The notes: a model not told the origin generated them from the sequence alone. Shown: positions 1 to 11,240, counted from the first letter of the stretch. The stretch: 64,000 nucleotides of DNA from Candidatus Latescibacterota bacterium (GCA_965226795.1 CBDDDZ010000005.1:640001-704000); one strand, 5' to 3'. Program-made: numbers and translations.

Positions 1-657
<657 letters not shown>

Positions 658-782
658 TTATGCAGGCGAATGCGATGATGCGCCGCGACAGTTGACGGGT
701 CGGAGCGCACCGTACATAATAACTTGCCTGCGTTTTCGGTCAAATCAACGGAACTGAAAACCGTCACCGGGGGATGTCGGTG

Positions 783-1820
783 TCAGCCGAAAAAGACGCT
801 TGCGATATCATAGAGGTCCATATCCACGGTGCGCAGTTTGGATACCGCGTCTTTCAGCGGTACCGGAACGATATTGGTGCCCCGCAACGCCACCATATTG
901 CCGAAATCTCCGGCGTACACCAGGTCGATTGCAGCAATGCCGAAGCGGGTGCCCAGGACACGATCGAACGCAGTGGGGCTGCCTCCGCGCTGAACGTGGC
1001 CCAATACGGTCACCCGGGTTTCAAATCCCGTTCGTTTTTCTATTTCGTCGCCAAGTACGATTCCAATCCCGCCCAGACGGACGTGGCCGAAGGCATCGCG
1101 TTGCTCGGACTGAAGGACGTGGGATTCATCGGACAGCTTGGCGCCCTCGGCAACCACCACGATACTGAAGGTCTTGCCGCGATCGTGTCGTTTCTGGATG
1201 GAGGCACAGACCATTTCCAGATCGACAGGCTGTTCGGGAATCAGGATCATGTCGGCGCCGCCCGCAATGCCGGCTTCGACGGCTATCCATCCCGCGTGAC
1301 GCCCCATCACCTCCACAACCATTACGCGGTTGTGGGACTCGGCGGTGGTATGCAACCTGTCGATGGCTTCGGTAACAATATTGATGGCCGTATCGAAACC
1401 AAAGGTCTGTTCCGTGCCGTCCAGGTCGTTATCGATGGTTTTGGGCACGCCGATCACGTTCAAGCCGTCTTCGTACAGCTTGCTGGCCACGCCTACCGTG
1501 TCGTCTCCGCCAACGGTAATCAGCGCATCCAGTCCCATCTTCAGTATGTTCTGTTTCACGATCTCGCTGCCGTTGGGCTCGTTATACGGGTTGGTCCTGG
1601 ATGTGCCCAGGATGGTGCCTCCTTTGGGCAGAATACCCGAGACAGCATTAAGGTTCAGCGGCATGTAGATCGACTCGAGCATGCCCTTCCAACCCTGCAT
1701 AACGCCCACGATCTCGTATCCGTAAGCGTCTATGCCTTTCCGCGTAACCGCACGTATTACCGCATTCAGCCCGGGGCAATCGCCGCCGCCGGTTAAAATG
1801 CCAACACGCATGCTCGCCAT
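783..1820 (-). CDS. pfkA: 6-phosphofructokinase (PfkA family, possibly PPi-dependent)
   Basis: GGGDCPGLN, GGTILGTSR, GGDDT, PKTIDND, MGRHAG and LGHVQRGG motifs. Confidence 0.93.
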   Translation of the reverse strand: MASMRVGILTGGGDCPGLNAVIRAVTRKGIDAYGYEIVGVMQGWKGMLESIYMPLNLNAVSGILPKGGTILGTSRTNPYNEPNGSEIVKQNILKMGLDALITVGGDDTVGVASKLYEDGLNVIGVPKTIDNDLDGTEQTFGFDTAINIVTEAIDRLHTTAESHNRVMVVEVMGRHAGWIAVEAGIAGGADMILIPEQPVDLEMVCASIQKRHDRGKTFSIVVVAEGAKLSDESHVLQSEQRDAFGHVRLGGIGIVLGDEIEKRTGFETRVTVLGHVQRGGSPTAFDRVLGTRFGIAAIDLVYAGDFGNMVALRGTNIVPVPLKDAVSKLRTVDMDLYDIASVFFG

Positions 1821-1925
1821 AGGTGCGCTCCGCGCCAGGTCCGATTGTAACGCATGAAATGTCGCAAGGACGGGGTCCGTTTACACGGCTTACTATCCGA
1901 AATACAATCCGTTCGGAACGGAGTG

Positions 1926-1954
1926 AATTTAAGACATCCCTCGCTTAGTGTCAA
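1926..1954 (-). promoter_or_regulatory. Sigma70-type promoter upstream of pfk
   Basis: Minus strand TTGACA (1954-1949), 17-bp spacer, TAAATT (1931-1926). Confidence 0.6.
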
Positions 1955-1990
1955 GCTGTTTTTTTTGTCAAAGTGTTTGGAATCAACGCG

Positions 1991-2812
1991 TTAGATGAAA
2001 ATATGGGAGCCCGGGTCGTCCACCCTGGCACCCGTTTTTTTCGCGTCAAAATACGGACATGCTACGGCCGCCACGACGACTTCGGATGCGCCCGCTTCCA
2101 GCAGCGCCGTGGCGCATGCATTGGCCGTGGCCCCCGTGGTAACCACGTCGTCCACGAGCAGGACCTGGCGGTTTCTGACCAGATCGCTCCGCCGCCCTCG
2201 GAAGGCTCCTTCCATGTTTATACCGCGTTCCGCCGAATCCAGGGCCGTTTGTGTCTCCGTGGCACGTACACGCTTCAGCGCCCGTTCCTCAACGGACAGA
2301 TCCAACACCCGCGCCAGCGCCCGTGCAATCAATAGGCTCTGGTTGTAGCCACGTTCCCGCAACCTGCTGCGGTGAAGGGGCACCGGCACCACGACCGGCC
2401 GGGCCTCCGAGAGCGGTTCCCCTGCCAGCATCCGACCCAATGCTCGGCCCAACGTCTGGCCGGCGACGGTCTGTCCCTGGTATTTCAAATTGTGAACCAG
2501 ACGCTGCACCGATTGGCTGAACGGTGTTAGCGCATACAACCGGGAAAAAACGAAATCCTTGTCCGCGCAATTCGTGCAGGGATATGTAAGACCGGGACAG
2601 CCGCAACGGCCGCATCGCGGGCCTCGAATTATGCCCAGCGTCTCCCAGCAAGCGGGGCATAGACCGTCCGATTCGTCCAGCGGCGTTCGGCACAGCAGAC
2701 AGTGCGGGGGGTATACGAACCCGAGTACGGATTCCAGGAGGGATTGAAGAAAGCGTCTGAAAGCGTCCGTTTTCACGTCATCACTATCGGAATGATGAAA
2801 AATGGCTTGCAT
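1991..2812 (-). CDS. comF: ComF family protein (double zinc ribbon + phosphoribosyltransferase domain); start uncertain
   Basis: CxxC repeats, VPVPLH..R..ERGYNQS, LLVDDVVTTGAT. Confidence 0.9.
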   Translation of the reverse strand: MQAIFHHSDSDDVKTDAFRRFLQSLLESVLGFVYPPHCLLCRTPLDESDGLCPACWETLGIIRGPRCGRCGCPGLTYPCTNCADKDFVFSRLYALTPFSQSVQRLVHNLKYQGQTVAGQTLGRALGRMLAGEPLSEARPVVVPVPLHRSRLRERGYNQSLLIARALARVLDLSVEERALKRVRATETQTALDSAERGINMEGAFRGRRSDLVRNRQVLLVDDVVTTGATANACATALLEAGASEVVVAAVACPYFDAKKTGARVDDPGSHIFI

Positions 2813-3115
2813 AACCGGCCTGTTAACAATACATTCTCACACTCGATATGATCGTCCGCGCACGGTCTGCGAAGCCCGCTTCGATTGAGCGTTTCCGTCT
2901 CCCCGCATCTGCACGGCCACGCCCCTTGCGTCCTGTCCCATAAATATGTCGCCATTCTCCCGCCGATTCATCCCGTCTCGCTACGTTGCCTTCTCTCGCC
3001 GACCTTGGGCAGGTCGCCTCACTCAGGCGCCTTGCGAGCCGGCCGACTCGTCGGCCGAATTTAGGCAATCTATTTCCGGGACAGAACACTTGACGCCCGT
3101 TCCCAATCGTCATTC

Positions 3116-5092
3116 ATGAAAAACACCCGCGCGATCATCTTCGATCTGGACGGTACACTTTTCGATCTGGATCCACTGGTTCAGGCGGCCCGAATGCGGG
3201 TCGCGCGCCATCTGTACGTCAATGGATTCTTCGCCTCCGAATCCTGCGCCCTCGGCCGGATCAACGACCTGGAACTGCGGCATGGGCCCTATTACTCTTC
3301 GTCTCCGTACTATTTCGCCTTCTACGACATCGCAAAAGCCCTCCAGCGCGACAAACCCGATCGACTTGCCAACTATATCAACAGACAGCGTCCCAACCAT
3401 CGAAGCCTGGAAGACACCGATACCATCGAAGCCTTCGTTGCGGAGCTCGAATACGTATACAACAGCGACGCGGTTGAAGACGTTAAGCTTTTCCCCGGCG
3501 GCGTCCAGACCCTCAAGGAACTTCGTGACGCTGGCTTCATGCTTTTTCTGGTGACATTCGGAAGAACGCTACGGCAGAAAAACAAGATTGACCTTCTCAA
3601 CATTGGGCACTATTTTCACGAAATTGTCAACGAAGGCCAGGCTTCTCACGACTACTGGTTCGCCGAACTCATCAAAGTCCATAAACTCTCTCCGGAGGAA
3701 GTCGTCTGCGTCGGCGACAGGGCCCAGGATGAGATTCGGGCGGGCAACCGTCTCGGATGCACAACGGTCTGGATGCGCCGCGGAAGATACGCAGAGGAAG
3801 AACCCGGAGAGGGCGACCGGCCAACCCATCAGATCCGGCTCCTCCCTCAGCTGTCAACCCTGATCCATCTGGCCCGCATGGACAAAGACCGGCGCCAGCT
3901 GAAGGTAGCTGCGCTCGGGGGCGGCACCGGGCTTCCCATCGTGTTGCGCGGCATCCAGACCTATACAGACAGCCCCACCGCCGTCGTGGCGGTAACGGAC
4001 ACCGGGGCTTCATCGGGCCGCATCCGCTGGAATCTGGGTGTTCAACCGCCCGGCGACATCCGCAATGCGCTGACCGCGCTGGCCGACCGACGCCGGGTCT
4101 CTCCCGGGCTCGTCCGGGTTTTCCAACACAGGTTTCCGGATAGCGAACGTGAAGCCGGGATCTTCCGAAATGACAATATCGGTAACTTCCTCATTGCCGC
4201 CTTAACCCAGCAGCTCGGGGATTTTCAGAAGGCCATCCAGACGGCCGGCGATATTCTGCGTATACGCGGGGAGATCTTTCCCGCCACAAACCAGAACGTG
4301 GACATTTGCGCCGAACTCGAGGACGGCGAGCAGCGATATACCGAGTGGATGGTACGCCAAACCGGCAAATCCCCATTAAAACGGGCGTATCTTGTCGCCA
4401 ACAGCGACATCCTTCGGGAATTGCAACAGCCGGACGGGGCCCTTTATCGAAAAGACGATTCCCGAACGGGCCAGGTCGAGGTCCACGCGAGGCCCGGAAG
4501 AGACTTCCGCCCCGAAACGTGCGAAGTCCGCTCGCCGCGTGGCGCCGTGCAGGCCATCGCTGACGCGGACATTGTGGTGCTCGGCCCCGGCAGTCTCTTC
4601 ACGAGTGTGATTACGAATTTGCTCGTTCCGGACATCAGACAGGCCCTGTGCGCCCGTCACCACGGAAAGACCTTCTACGTCTGCAACATCGTGACCCAGC
4701 CGGGTCAGACCGACGGATTTCGCGCATCGGATCATCTCCGCGCCATCCTGCGCCACTTCCCTGAGAGACATAACGGCTTCCTGGACCACATGCTTGTGCA
4801 GGAACCGGAAGGATTCAAAAGGCCCGGAGGCCGAAATTGGCGGCCGGTATTGAATGCCTACCTCAACGACGGCAAAGAACCCGTTTTCTGCGATCCTGAT
4901 GAGATCCGCCGTCTGGTAACCTACACAGTTACGGATCTGCTTGAGGACTACACGTCTGAGGTGAAGAGCCGCCGTGCGGGAGACTTCATCAGCCACAATC
5001 CGGACAGGGTGGCCGACGCCGTCTGCCGGATTTATTGCGGGTTGGAAGTACCGGACTACGGGGAAGTGGACAATGGCTCGTCGGCGGATTGA
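3116..5092 (+). CDS. Fusion of a HAD-family hydrolase and a YvcK/GlmR (CofD-like, UPF0052) domain
   Basis: N-terminal FDLDGTL and VCVGD motifs. C-terminal GGGTGL, PPGDIRNAL, VLGPGSLFTS and NIVTQPGQT. Confidence 0.85.
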   Translation: MKNTRAIIFDLDGTLFDLDPLVQAARMRVARHLYVNGFFASESCALGRINDLELRHGPYYSSSPYYFAFYDIAKALQRDKPDRLANYINRQRPNHRSLEDTDTIEAFVAELEYVYNSDAVEDVKLFPGGVQTLKELRDAGFMLFLVTFGRTLRQKNKIDLLNIGHYFHEIVNEGQASHDYWFAELIKVHKLSPEEVVCVGDRAQDEIRAGNRLGCTTVWMRRGRYAEEEPGEGDRPTHQIRLLPQLSTLIHLARMDKDRRQLKVAALGGGTGLPIVLRGIQTYTDSPTAVVAVTDTGASSGRIRWNLGVQPPGDIRNALTALADRRRVSPGLVRVFQHRFPDSEREAGIFRNDNIGNFLIAALTQQLGDFQKAIQTAGDILRIRGEIFPATNQNVDICAELEDGEQRYTEWMVRQTGKSPLKRAYLVANSDILRELQQPDGALYRKDDSRTGQVEVHARPGRDFRPETCEVRSPRGAVQAIADADIVVLGPGSLFTSVITNLLVPDIRQALCARHHGKTFYVCNIVTQPGQTDGFRASDHLRAILRHFPERHNGFLDHMLVQEPEGFKRPGGRNWRPVLNAYLNDGKEPVFCDPDEIRRLVTYTVTDLLEDYTSEVKSRRAGDFISHNPDRVADAVCRIYCGLEVPDYGEVDNGSSAD

Positions 5093-5765
5093 AGCCGTCA
5101 TCTTCGACCTGGACGACACCCTTTTCGACTGCACGGCTCAGTTGACCGAACCGGCGCGCCGCAGGGCGGCTGAAACACTTGCCGCGGCCATTCCGGATTC
5201 AACCGCGTCCGCCCTGCATCGTCTGCAGGCGGAACTGGCAGATCGATTCAGTTCATCCGACGCCATTCGAGAAATCGCGCGCCGCCACGGATTGTCCGCC
5301 GATGTTGTGGAAAGCGCGCTTTCGGTATACAATCGGGGCGAGGTGGAAGCCATTACGCCCTTCCCGGACACGCTCCCCACGCTGGATGAACTCACGGTCA
5401 GGACCTACCGCCTCTGCCTGGTGACGACAGGCCGCCCGGAACGGCAGCGGCGAAAGATACGCCGCCTCGGCCTTCGGGTCTATTTCAGCGAGGAAGAGGG
5501 CACGCTCTTTTTCCACGACGACCGTCGCGTCCGTGCAAAAGACGAGGCGCTTCGTCGGGCGGTCAGACACCTCGACCTTCCACCCGGCCGGATCCTTTCG
5601 GTAGGGGACAAGCTGAATTCGGAAATCTCCGCGTCGAAACGCCTGGGCATGCGCACTGCGCGCCTGCGCTTCGGCAGGCAAAAAAACCAGCGCCCTCGAT
5701 CCCCCGTGGAACGCCCGGACCACGAATTGAACCGTCTGTCGGACCTGCTCGAACTGTTGCCCTGA
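5073..5765 (+). CDS. HAD-family hydrolase
   Basis: FDLDDTL and SVGD motifs. ATG 5073 overlaps the end of the upstream gene. Confidence 0.85.
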   Translation: MARRRIEAVIFDLDDTLFDCTAQLTEPARRRAAETLAAAIPDSTASALHRLQAELADRFSSSDAIREIARRHGLSADVVESALSVYNRGEVEAITPFPDTLPTLDELTVRTYRLCLVTTGRPERQRRKIRRLGLRVYFSEEEGTLFFHDDRRVRAKDEALRRAVRHLDLPPGRILSVGDKLNSEISASKRLGMRTARLRFGRQKNQRPRSPVERPDHELNRLSDLLELLP

Positions 5766-5799
5766 AATGAACGCGCATTTACGCGGATTTCTTCCGGGT

Positions 5800-6570
5800 T
5801 CAGAAATCCACGGTGACCCGATCGCCTCGCCTCAACCCCAGTTTCTGCGCTGCATTGCCTCCGTTTATCGCAACCTCCAGCGTATCCTCGCTTCCGTATA
5901 GAACCAGGGCCTCGCCCTCCGGAACGTCGGTGTACGTGCGGAAGATACCGTCAAACACGTTTTTTCCGACGCGCACGCCCACCTCTCCGTGACCCACCTG
6001 TCGTCTGTCGAGATTGCTGATCCCGTTTCCGAAACGATCCACGTGCACGATCCGACCGACAACCACGTTGTCGCGCACCTGAATCGTCCATATATCCAGG
6101 CGGATCGGATCCGTAACCGGCGGCCCCAGTCCGGCCACGGGGACTCCGTTGCACAGATGCGCCGCGACCGGGCCGAAGATATCCCGGCCGTGAAAGGTGG
6201 GGCTCGCCGCGGACCTGAAAACCGCCGCATTCGTGATCTCAACGACATTCCACTTCGGCTCGCAGTGGAACACCCCGCTGAACAATCCGTTGTCCGGCCC
6301 GACAAAGCGGTAGTCCGGCGTTTCCACCGCGATTGCGCGGCGTTGGCTTCCTACGCCGGGATCGACAACTGCGAGGTGGACCGTACCCACCGGGAAATAG
6401 CGGTACGCGCTGAACAGGATATAAGCCCCGGCGGCCACGTCCTGTGGAGGGACCTGATGGGTGACGTCCACCAGCGAGACATCCGGCGCGATAGCGAGCA
6501 TCGCCCCCTTCGTCGCGGCCACGTACCCGTCGTGAAGCCCGAAATCCGTTGTCAATGTAATCAGGCCCAA
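5800..6570 (-). CDS. SAM hydrolase / chlorinase-fluorinase family (DUF62)
   Basis: ITLTTDFG, VVDPGVGS.RR, GPDNG, SPTFHGRDIF, VDRFGN. Confidence 0.92.
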   Translation of the reverse strand: MGLITLTTDFGLHDGYVAATKGAMLAIAPDVSLVDVTHQVPPQDVAAGAYILFSAYRYFPVGTVHLAVVDPGVGSQRRAIAVETPDYRFVGPDNGLFSGVFHCEPKWNVVEITNAAVFRSAASPTFHGRDIFGPVAAHLCNGVPVAGLGPPVTDPIRLDIWTIQVRDNVVVGRIVHVDRFGNGISNLDRRQVGHGEVGVRVGKNVFDGIFRTYTDVPEGEALVLYGSEDTLEVAINGGNAAQKLGLRRGDRVTVDF

Positions 6571-6862
6571 AAGAAACCTCCCCGGTCGGCTGCCACCGGA
6601 CGGTCATCGCACTTTGCGGAGAGCCTAAGGAAAAAGCCAGGGAACCGACCGCTACAATATAAAGCAAGGAAAGCGGTCGCGCGAAACCGGATTCAAGCCC
6701 GCTCTGCGCCTCTGAACCACCCATCCTCGTGCCCGGCGGCTCCCCGACGGAATTGTCGGTTTGGTGGCACGGGATCGGCGCATTCCGACAGTCGCTGGCT
6801 GAGGGCGGGCGCGGGCTACGCCCGGTCCTGGCTCCCGTAACCACGTGACCGTGTCTGTTTCG

Positions 6863-7552
6863 TCAGAAAAGTTCCGCCTCCTTCATACTCAGGAAACGCT
6901 CCGCTCCCAGAATGATGTGGTCCAGAACTTCGATGCCCATAATCTCACCGGCCTGCACCATACGGCGCGTCAGTTCAATGTCCTCACGGCTCGGCGTTAC
7001 GTCTCCGGACGGGTGGTTGTGCGCCAGGATGACGCTGGCCGCGCACGAGCCCACGGCAGGGAAAAATACCTCGCGAGGATGAACCAGCGACGCGTTCAGC
7101 GATCCCACCGACACCTCCTCCCTGCAGATGACCTGGTTTCGGGCATTCAGAAAGAGCGCCACGAAATGCTCTTTTCTTCGATCCTTGAACTCCGCTAGCA
7201 GCCCGACCGCGTCGGACGGTTTCGTTATAGAAGGCTCGATGCCCATCCCCTGGTTCAACGCCCGCCTCGCCAATTCGAACCCTGCCACGAGACCGGCGGC
7301 CTTCGCCTGCCCGATGCCCTTGATTGCCGTCAGTTCCGTCAGCCCCATCGCCATCAGCGCCTGGGGTGAATGCTGTTTCAGAATCCCCCCGGCAACCTCG
7401 AGGACATTCTTGCCTTCATAACCCGTCCGCAGAAGGACCGCCAGCAATTCCTCGTTCCTCAGCGCTTCCGCGCCAAGCCGCTCCAGTTTTTCCCGCGGCA
7501 GATCCACGTCCGCGACTCCGTCGATTCCCCTGCGCCGGGCGAGTACTTCCAT
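6863..7552 (-). CDS. radC: RadC family JAB-domain protein
   Basis: PREKL..LG, HPREVF, AHNHPSGD.TPS.ED, LDHII. Confidence 0.95.
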   Translation of the reverse strand: MEVLARRRGIDGVADVDLPREKLERLGAEALRNEELLAVLLRTGYEGKNVLEVAGGILKQHSPQALMAMGLTELTAIKGIGQAKAAGLVAGFELARRALNQGMGIEPSITKPSDAVGLLAEFKDRRKEHFVALFLNARNQVICREEVSVGSLNASLVHPREVFFPAVGSCAASVILAHNHPSGDVTPSREDIELTRRMVQAGEIMGIEVLDHIILGAERFLSMKEAELF

Positions 7553-7612
7553 TCTGTCGTTTTCCTTACTTAAGTCGACGGATGCCAGACCGGGCCTGAT
7601 CTGAAGAAGCTG

Positions 7613-7719
7613 TCAGCGATCAGCAATCAGCGGTCAGCAAAAACAGTAAGAGGCAAGACGCGAGACGTGAGAAAAGGCAAAAAAGGCGGCAAGAGGCGAG
7701 ACGGAAGAGGTTAGACGTG
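7613..7719. repeat. Degenerate heptamer tandem tracts
   Basis: TCAGCGA-TCAGCAA-TCAGCGG-TCAGCAA, then GTAAGAG-GCAAGAC-GCGAGAC-GTGAGAA and GCAAGAG-GCGAGAC-GGAAGAG-GTTAGAC. Confidence 0.6.
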
Positions 7720-8387
7720 TAGATATCCTCGACACATGACACTCCGTTTAGCAGACCTTCGCTAAGACGAAGCTTTAGCGATCTCGACGGGAGGGATACA
7801 AACGCGGGTTCGAGATCCGTGGGGAGAGGGGTGGACCTCTCACTTCTGGGGTCTCGCTTTTTTCCGGTTGTGGCCTTCTTCCCTCTGGCGTCTGCCTTCT
7901 TGCCGAATCTTAAAGGTTCACCGTTCCGTCCTGCGTTTCGTCGAATCAGGCCGATTTCCGGCAATAGAATGAAGCAAACGCCGTTCCGATACGAAAAAAA
8001 ACACGGTCGCCGCATGCTGCCGGGCTCCGCGCGTCCTCTCGCGTCTTTTCCGACGCCGCTCGCTGAACACGGTTTTCAGAGCGGCAGGGTCGTACGGAAA
8101 GATCCTTCCAATAGAAGGGTGAATGCGAGTACCGGGTTTTCATAAAACAATTCCGAAGAATTCGGCCCCTTTTGGTTAAATCTCGAACCGTGCATTCTTC
8201 GATTGTGATTGAATGACGTGAGAGCGAACCAATGGACACGGCACAAGCGGTGAGCTTGTTCGAGAAGAACTGGTTCCTGCGCCATCAGAAGAAACTGGAT
8301 CTGAGAGCCGCGGAGTAACGCGCGGCCTTTACGGCGCTTCCTCAGCCGGCCACCTCGGCATACGCAGACCGTGCGCACTATACAGCG

Positions 8388-9627
8388 CTAATCGGTGAAC
8401 ACCGCACTCGCACCGGACAGGAGGTTCTCGACCCGTTCGCCGGCTTTCATCACGCGTCGGATCTCCTGCAAATACGCCACTTCCTCCAGGGGGTTTCCTT
8501 CCACGGCGATCACGTCCGCCAGGTAAGCCGGGCGCGAGGCGCCCCAGCCGATCCGACATACCCAGCATCAGGGCCGTATTCGTCGTCACGGCCCTGATCG
8601 CGTCGGCGGTTGAAACGCCGAGGTCCGAAAGTGCCCTGGCCTCCCGCCACAACGTCGCGTGGGTGCTGTCCGTTCCCAGGCAGACCTTCACCCCGGCATC
8701 GACGGCTTCCGGCAGGTAGCGCGACGTGCGTTCCCTCGCACGCTCCACGCGGCGCCGCCACCAATCCAGGCGCCAGGTCTCGAAGGATTCGAATCCGACC
8801 TCCCGGTCAAAGAACAGTTGAAGATTGGGATCGCTCAGGTACGCGCCGGACTTCACGAACAGTTCCACGTCCTTGGCTTCGAGCAGATTGGCGTGTTCGA
8901 TACTGTCGATCCCCGCCTCCATCGCCCACCGCATGGCCGGCCCGCCGATCGCGTGGGCGGCAACCGGGATCCCCAGGTTATGCGAGACGCCGATGGCCGT
9001 CTCGATCTCCTTTCGGGAGTAGGCCGCCACGTCCGTAAGGTCTCCGCGGAGATAGTCCGCGAACGTATCGCCGTCTCTCACGTTGGTGATAAACAGCTTC
9101 GTCCAATCCGCGCCCTGCGACGCGTTCTCACGGATCCGGACGTCCAGTTCCGCATCGCCGTCGGCCGGAAAAGACAGAAAGGGCGCTGTGCCCTTCGTCG
9201 GACGCAGCGCCCGTACACATACCCTCAGCCGGGGTCCCACCGCCTCTTTTCGTTCGATCGCCTCCTGAAACGGCTTTTCGACGCCCGGACGATCTCCAAG
9301 TGTCCGCATCGTCGTCACCCCGGTGGCTAAGTCGCTCCTGAGGTTCATCGCCCCACGCAGGACCGCGGTTGTCGGATCCAGTTCGAAGTGGGCGTTCAGC
9401 GGAACGCGGAAGCGGTTGTTGGCCGTAATGTGGGCATGGGAGTCTATCAGGGCCGGCATCACCGTCCACGAAGACCAGTCCAGCGTTTCCCACGTTGGAT
9501 CCACGTTCAGGTTCGACGGCGCTCCCGCGCCCAGAACGCGCTTGCCATCGAGTATCACGATACCGCCAAGTATGGGTGGTGCGTCAGGGTCGGCGATGAG
9601 TAGCTTCGATTTGATCAGGGTCGGCAT
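8388..9627 (-). pseudogene. Metal-dependent amidohydrolase (Xaa-Pro dipeptidase-like) with a frameshift near 8525 (pseudogene or sequencing error)
   Basis: IDSHAH, AAHAIG, IEHA and GTDS motifs. The canonical C-terminus YLADVIAVEGNPL...VMKAG lies in another frame and ends at TAG 8388. Confidence 0.8.
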
Positions 9628-9666
9628 GGGCGGGTCAGTGCGCTCTTCGGGTGTTGGTAGTTGGCG

Positions 9667-10605
9667 TCAGACGCGGACCAGTTTGCGGAAACTGCGCATT
9701 TCTCTGGGTGGATCCAGTTGCGAACCGAAAGCGCTCCAGGACACTTCTCCAACGTAGATATCCCCACGCGAATCCACGGCCAACCCGTGCGGAGCCGTGA
9801 ACTGGCCGGGACCCTCGCCGGCCAGTGGGTCTCCCAACCTGGCCAGGCGGTTGCCCTCCACATCATGAATACTTACGCATGAGCCCACGTTGGGATAGGT
9901 TGCGTTGACGTCGAGTTGCGTGGGCAGCTGTCCGACGTAGACGAGGTCGCCGTCGATATGCAGGCCGCATGGGCGGTGGAGATTGTTCCACTGCGTAAGA
10001 TAATTGCCCTCGGGGTCGAACACCTGCACACGGTGGTTTTCCCGGTCGGCGATATAGACCGATCCGTGGCTGTCCGCGCAGACGCTGTGCACAAGGTTGA
10101 ACTGGCCGGGATCCGTTCCGTAGTTGCCCCAGGAAAAAAGGTGTTCGCCTGTCGACGAGAACTTGTGCACCCGCGCGTTACCGTAACCGTCCGAGATATA
10201 GAGATCTCCGATCGCAGGATCGAAGGCCACTTTGGTGGGCTGGTTGAACGGCGTCCCGCTTTGCGCCGGGGCGCCCCGACCGGGTGTTCCGATCACCATC
10301 AGCACCTCGCCATCCAGCGTGCACTTTCTGACACAGTGTCCCTGGTCGTCCACACAATATAGCATCCCGTCAGGACCCAGCGTCAGGCCGTGGGGGCGCG
10401 CGAACAGGCCTTCTCCCCATGAAAAAAGAAATTGCCCGTCCCGGTCGAACACGATGACCGGATGTTCTCCCCTGTTGAACACGTACACCCGGTCGTTTGA
10501 ATCCACCACCATATCCACCACCTCTTTAAACCGCCAGCCCTCGGGCAAACGCGCCCAGTCGGACTGTTCCTCATACTGGAATTTACCGCTGCCGAGAAGA
10601 GCCAT
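9667..10605 (-). CDS. NHL-repeat protein (peptidyl-alpha-hydroxyglycine alpha-amidating lyase family)
   Basis: Repeated F..PHG, DGYGNARV and ADRENHRVQVF blades. Start taken at MALLGSG. Confidence 0.85.
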   Translation of the reverse strand: MALLGSGKFQYEEQSDWARLPEGWRFKEVVDMVVDSNDRVYVFNRGEHPVIVFDRDGQFLFSWGEGLFARPHGLTLGPDGMLYCVDDQGHCVRKCTLDGEVLMVIGTPGRGAPAQSGTPFNQPTKVAFDPAIGDLYISDGYGNARVHKFSSTGEHLFSWGNYGTDPGQFNLVHSVCADSHGSVYIADRENHRVQVFDPEGNYLTQWNNLHRPCGLHIDGDLVYVGQLPTQLDVNATYPNVGSCVSIHDVEGNRLARLGDPLAGEGPGQFTAPHGLAVDSRGDIYVGEVSWSAFGSQLDPPREMRSFRKLVRV

Positions 10606-10882
10606 AGGGTACCCCTTTTGCCGTAGTTGATTGATGGACCGCCCACTGTGGGGGCCGCCTGCCGGAACCATGCCGTACCGCGATGTTCCCTGGATTTCAT
10701 GCGCGATTCGGTCTGTGTCCAGTATACGCCCCCGCATTCCGGCCTGTCAACAGGAACGCGCGCCATCCGTTTACCGCGCACAATGTTCTTGTATGCGTAC
10801 ATACACATGGCTATCTTTTGCCGCAAGCCGTTCGAACAGACAGCGAATTCTACGACCCGACGCACCAACGGAAACCGAAATT

Positions 10883-11155
10883 ATGGCCATTTCTCCCGTA
10901 CAGGTCGCCTTCCGGGGTTTTCAGTGCGACCTCCCCGATGCGCGCATCCTGAATTGCATCCAGCAGGCGCTGATTGCCGGAAGGGTGAAACGTCCCGTAT
11001 TCACGCGTTGGCCCGGGGGCGAACCGATCTCCGTCCACATCGGCGAGTCCCATCTGACGAACTGGAGGCGCCAATTCCACGAGGGCGTGAGCGTGGACAT
11101 CCCCGCAGACGTGTCAGAGAAGCTGGACGACATTCTCGGCGTACCACGTACATAG
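10883..11155 (+). CDS. Hypothetical protein (90 aa)
   Basis: Protein-like composition in an otherwise empty interval; no family recognised. Confidence 0.45.
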   Translation: MAISPVQVAFRGFQCDLPDARILNCIQQALIAGRVKRPVFTRWPGGEPISVHIGESHLTNWRRQFHEGVSVDIPADVSEKLDDILGVPRT

Positions 11156-11240
11156 ACAGGCGTCTAAGGCGCCTGCGACCTGCGGAAGGCCTGCGAGTTC
11201 GCTTCGAATGTCTCAGTCCAGCCAGCACAAGCATCGTACG

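Noticed and set aside
6810..6836. SRP RNA (minus strand CCAGGACCGGGCGTAGC)
   Set aside because: Lacks the GNRA tetraloop and AGCAG pairing of the conserved SRP helix.
7720..8380. Several overlapping ~100-130 aa ORFs
   Set aside because: No recognisable motif, RBS or consistent frame; left unannotated.
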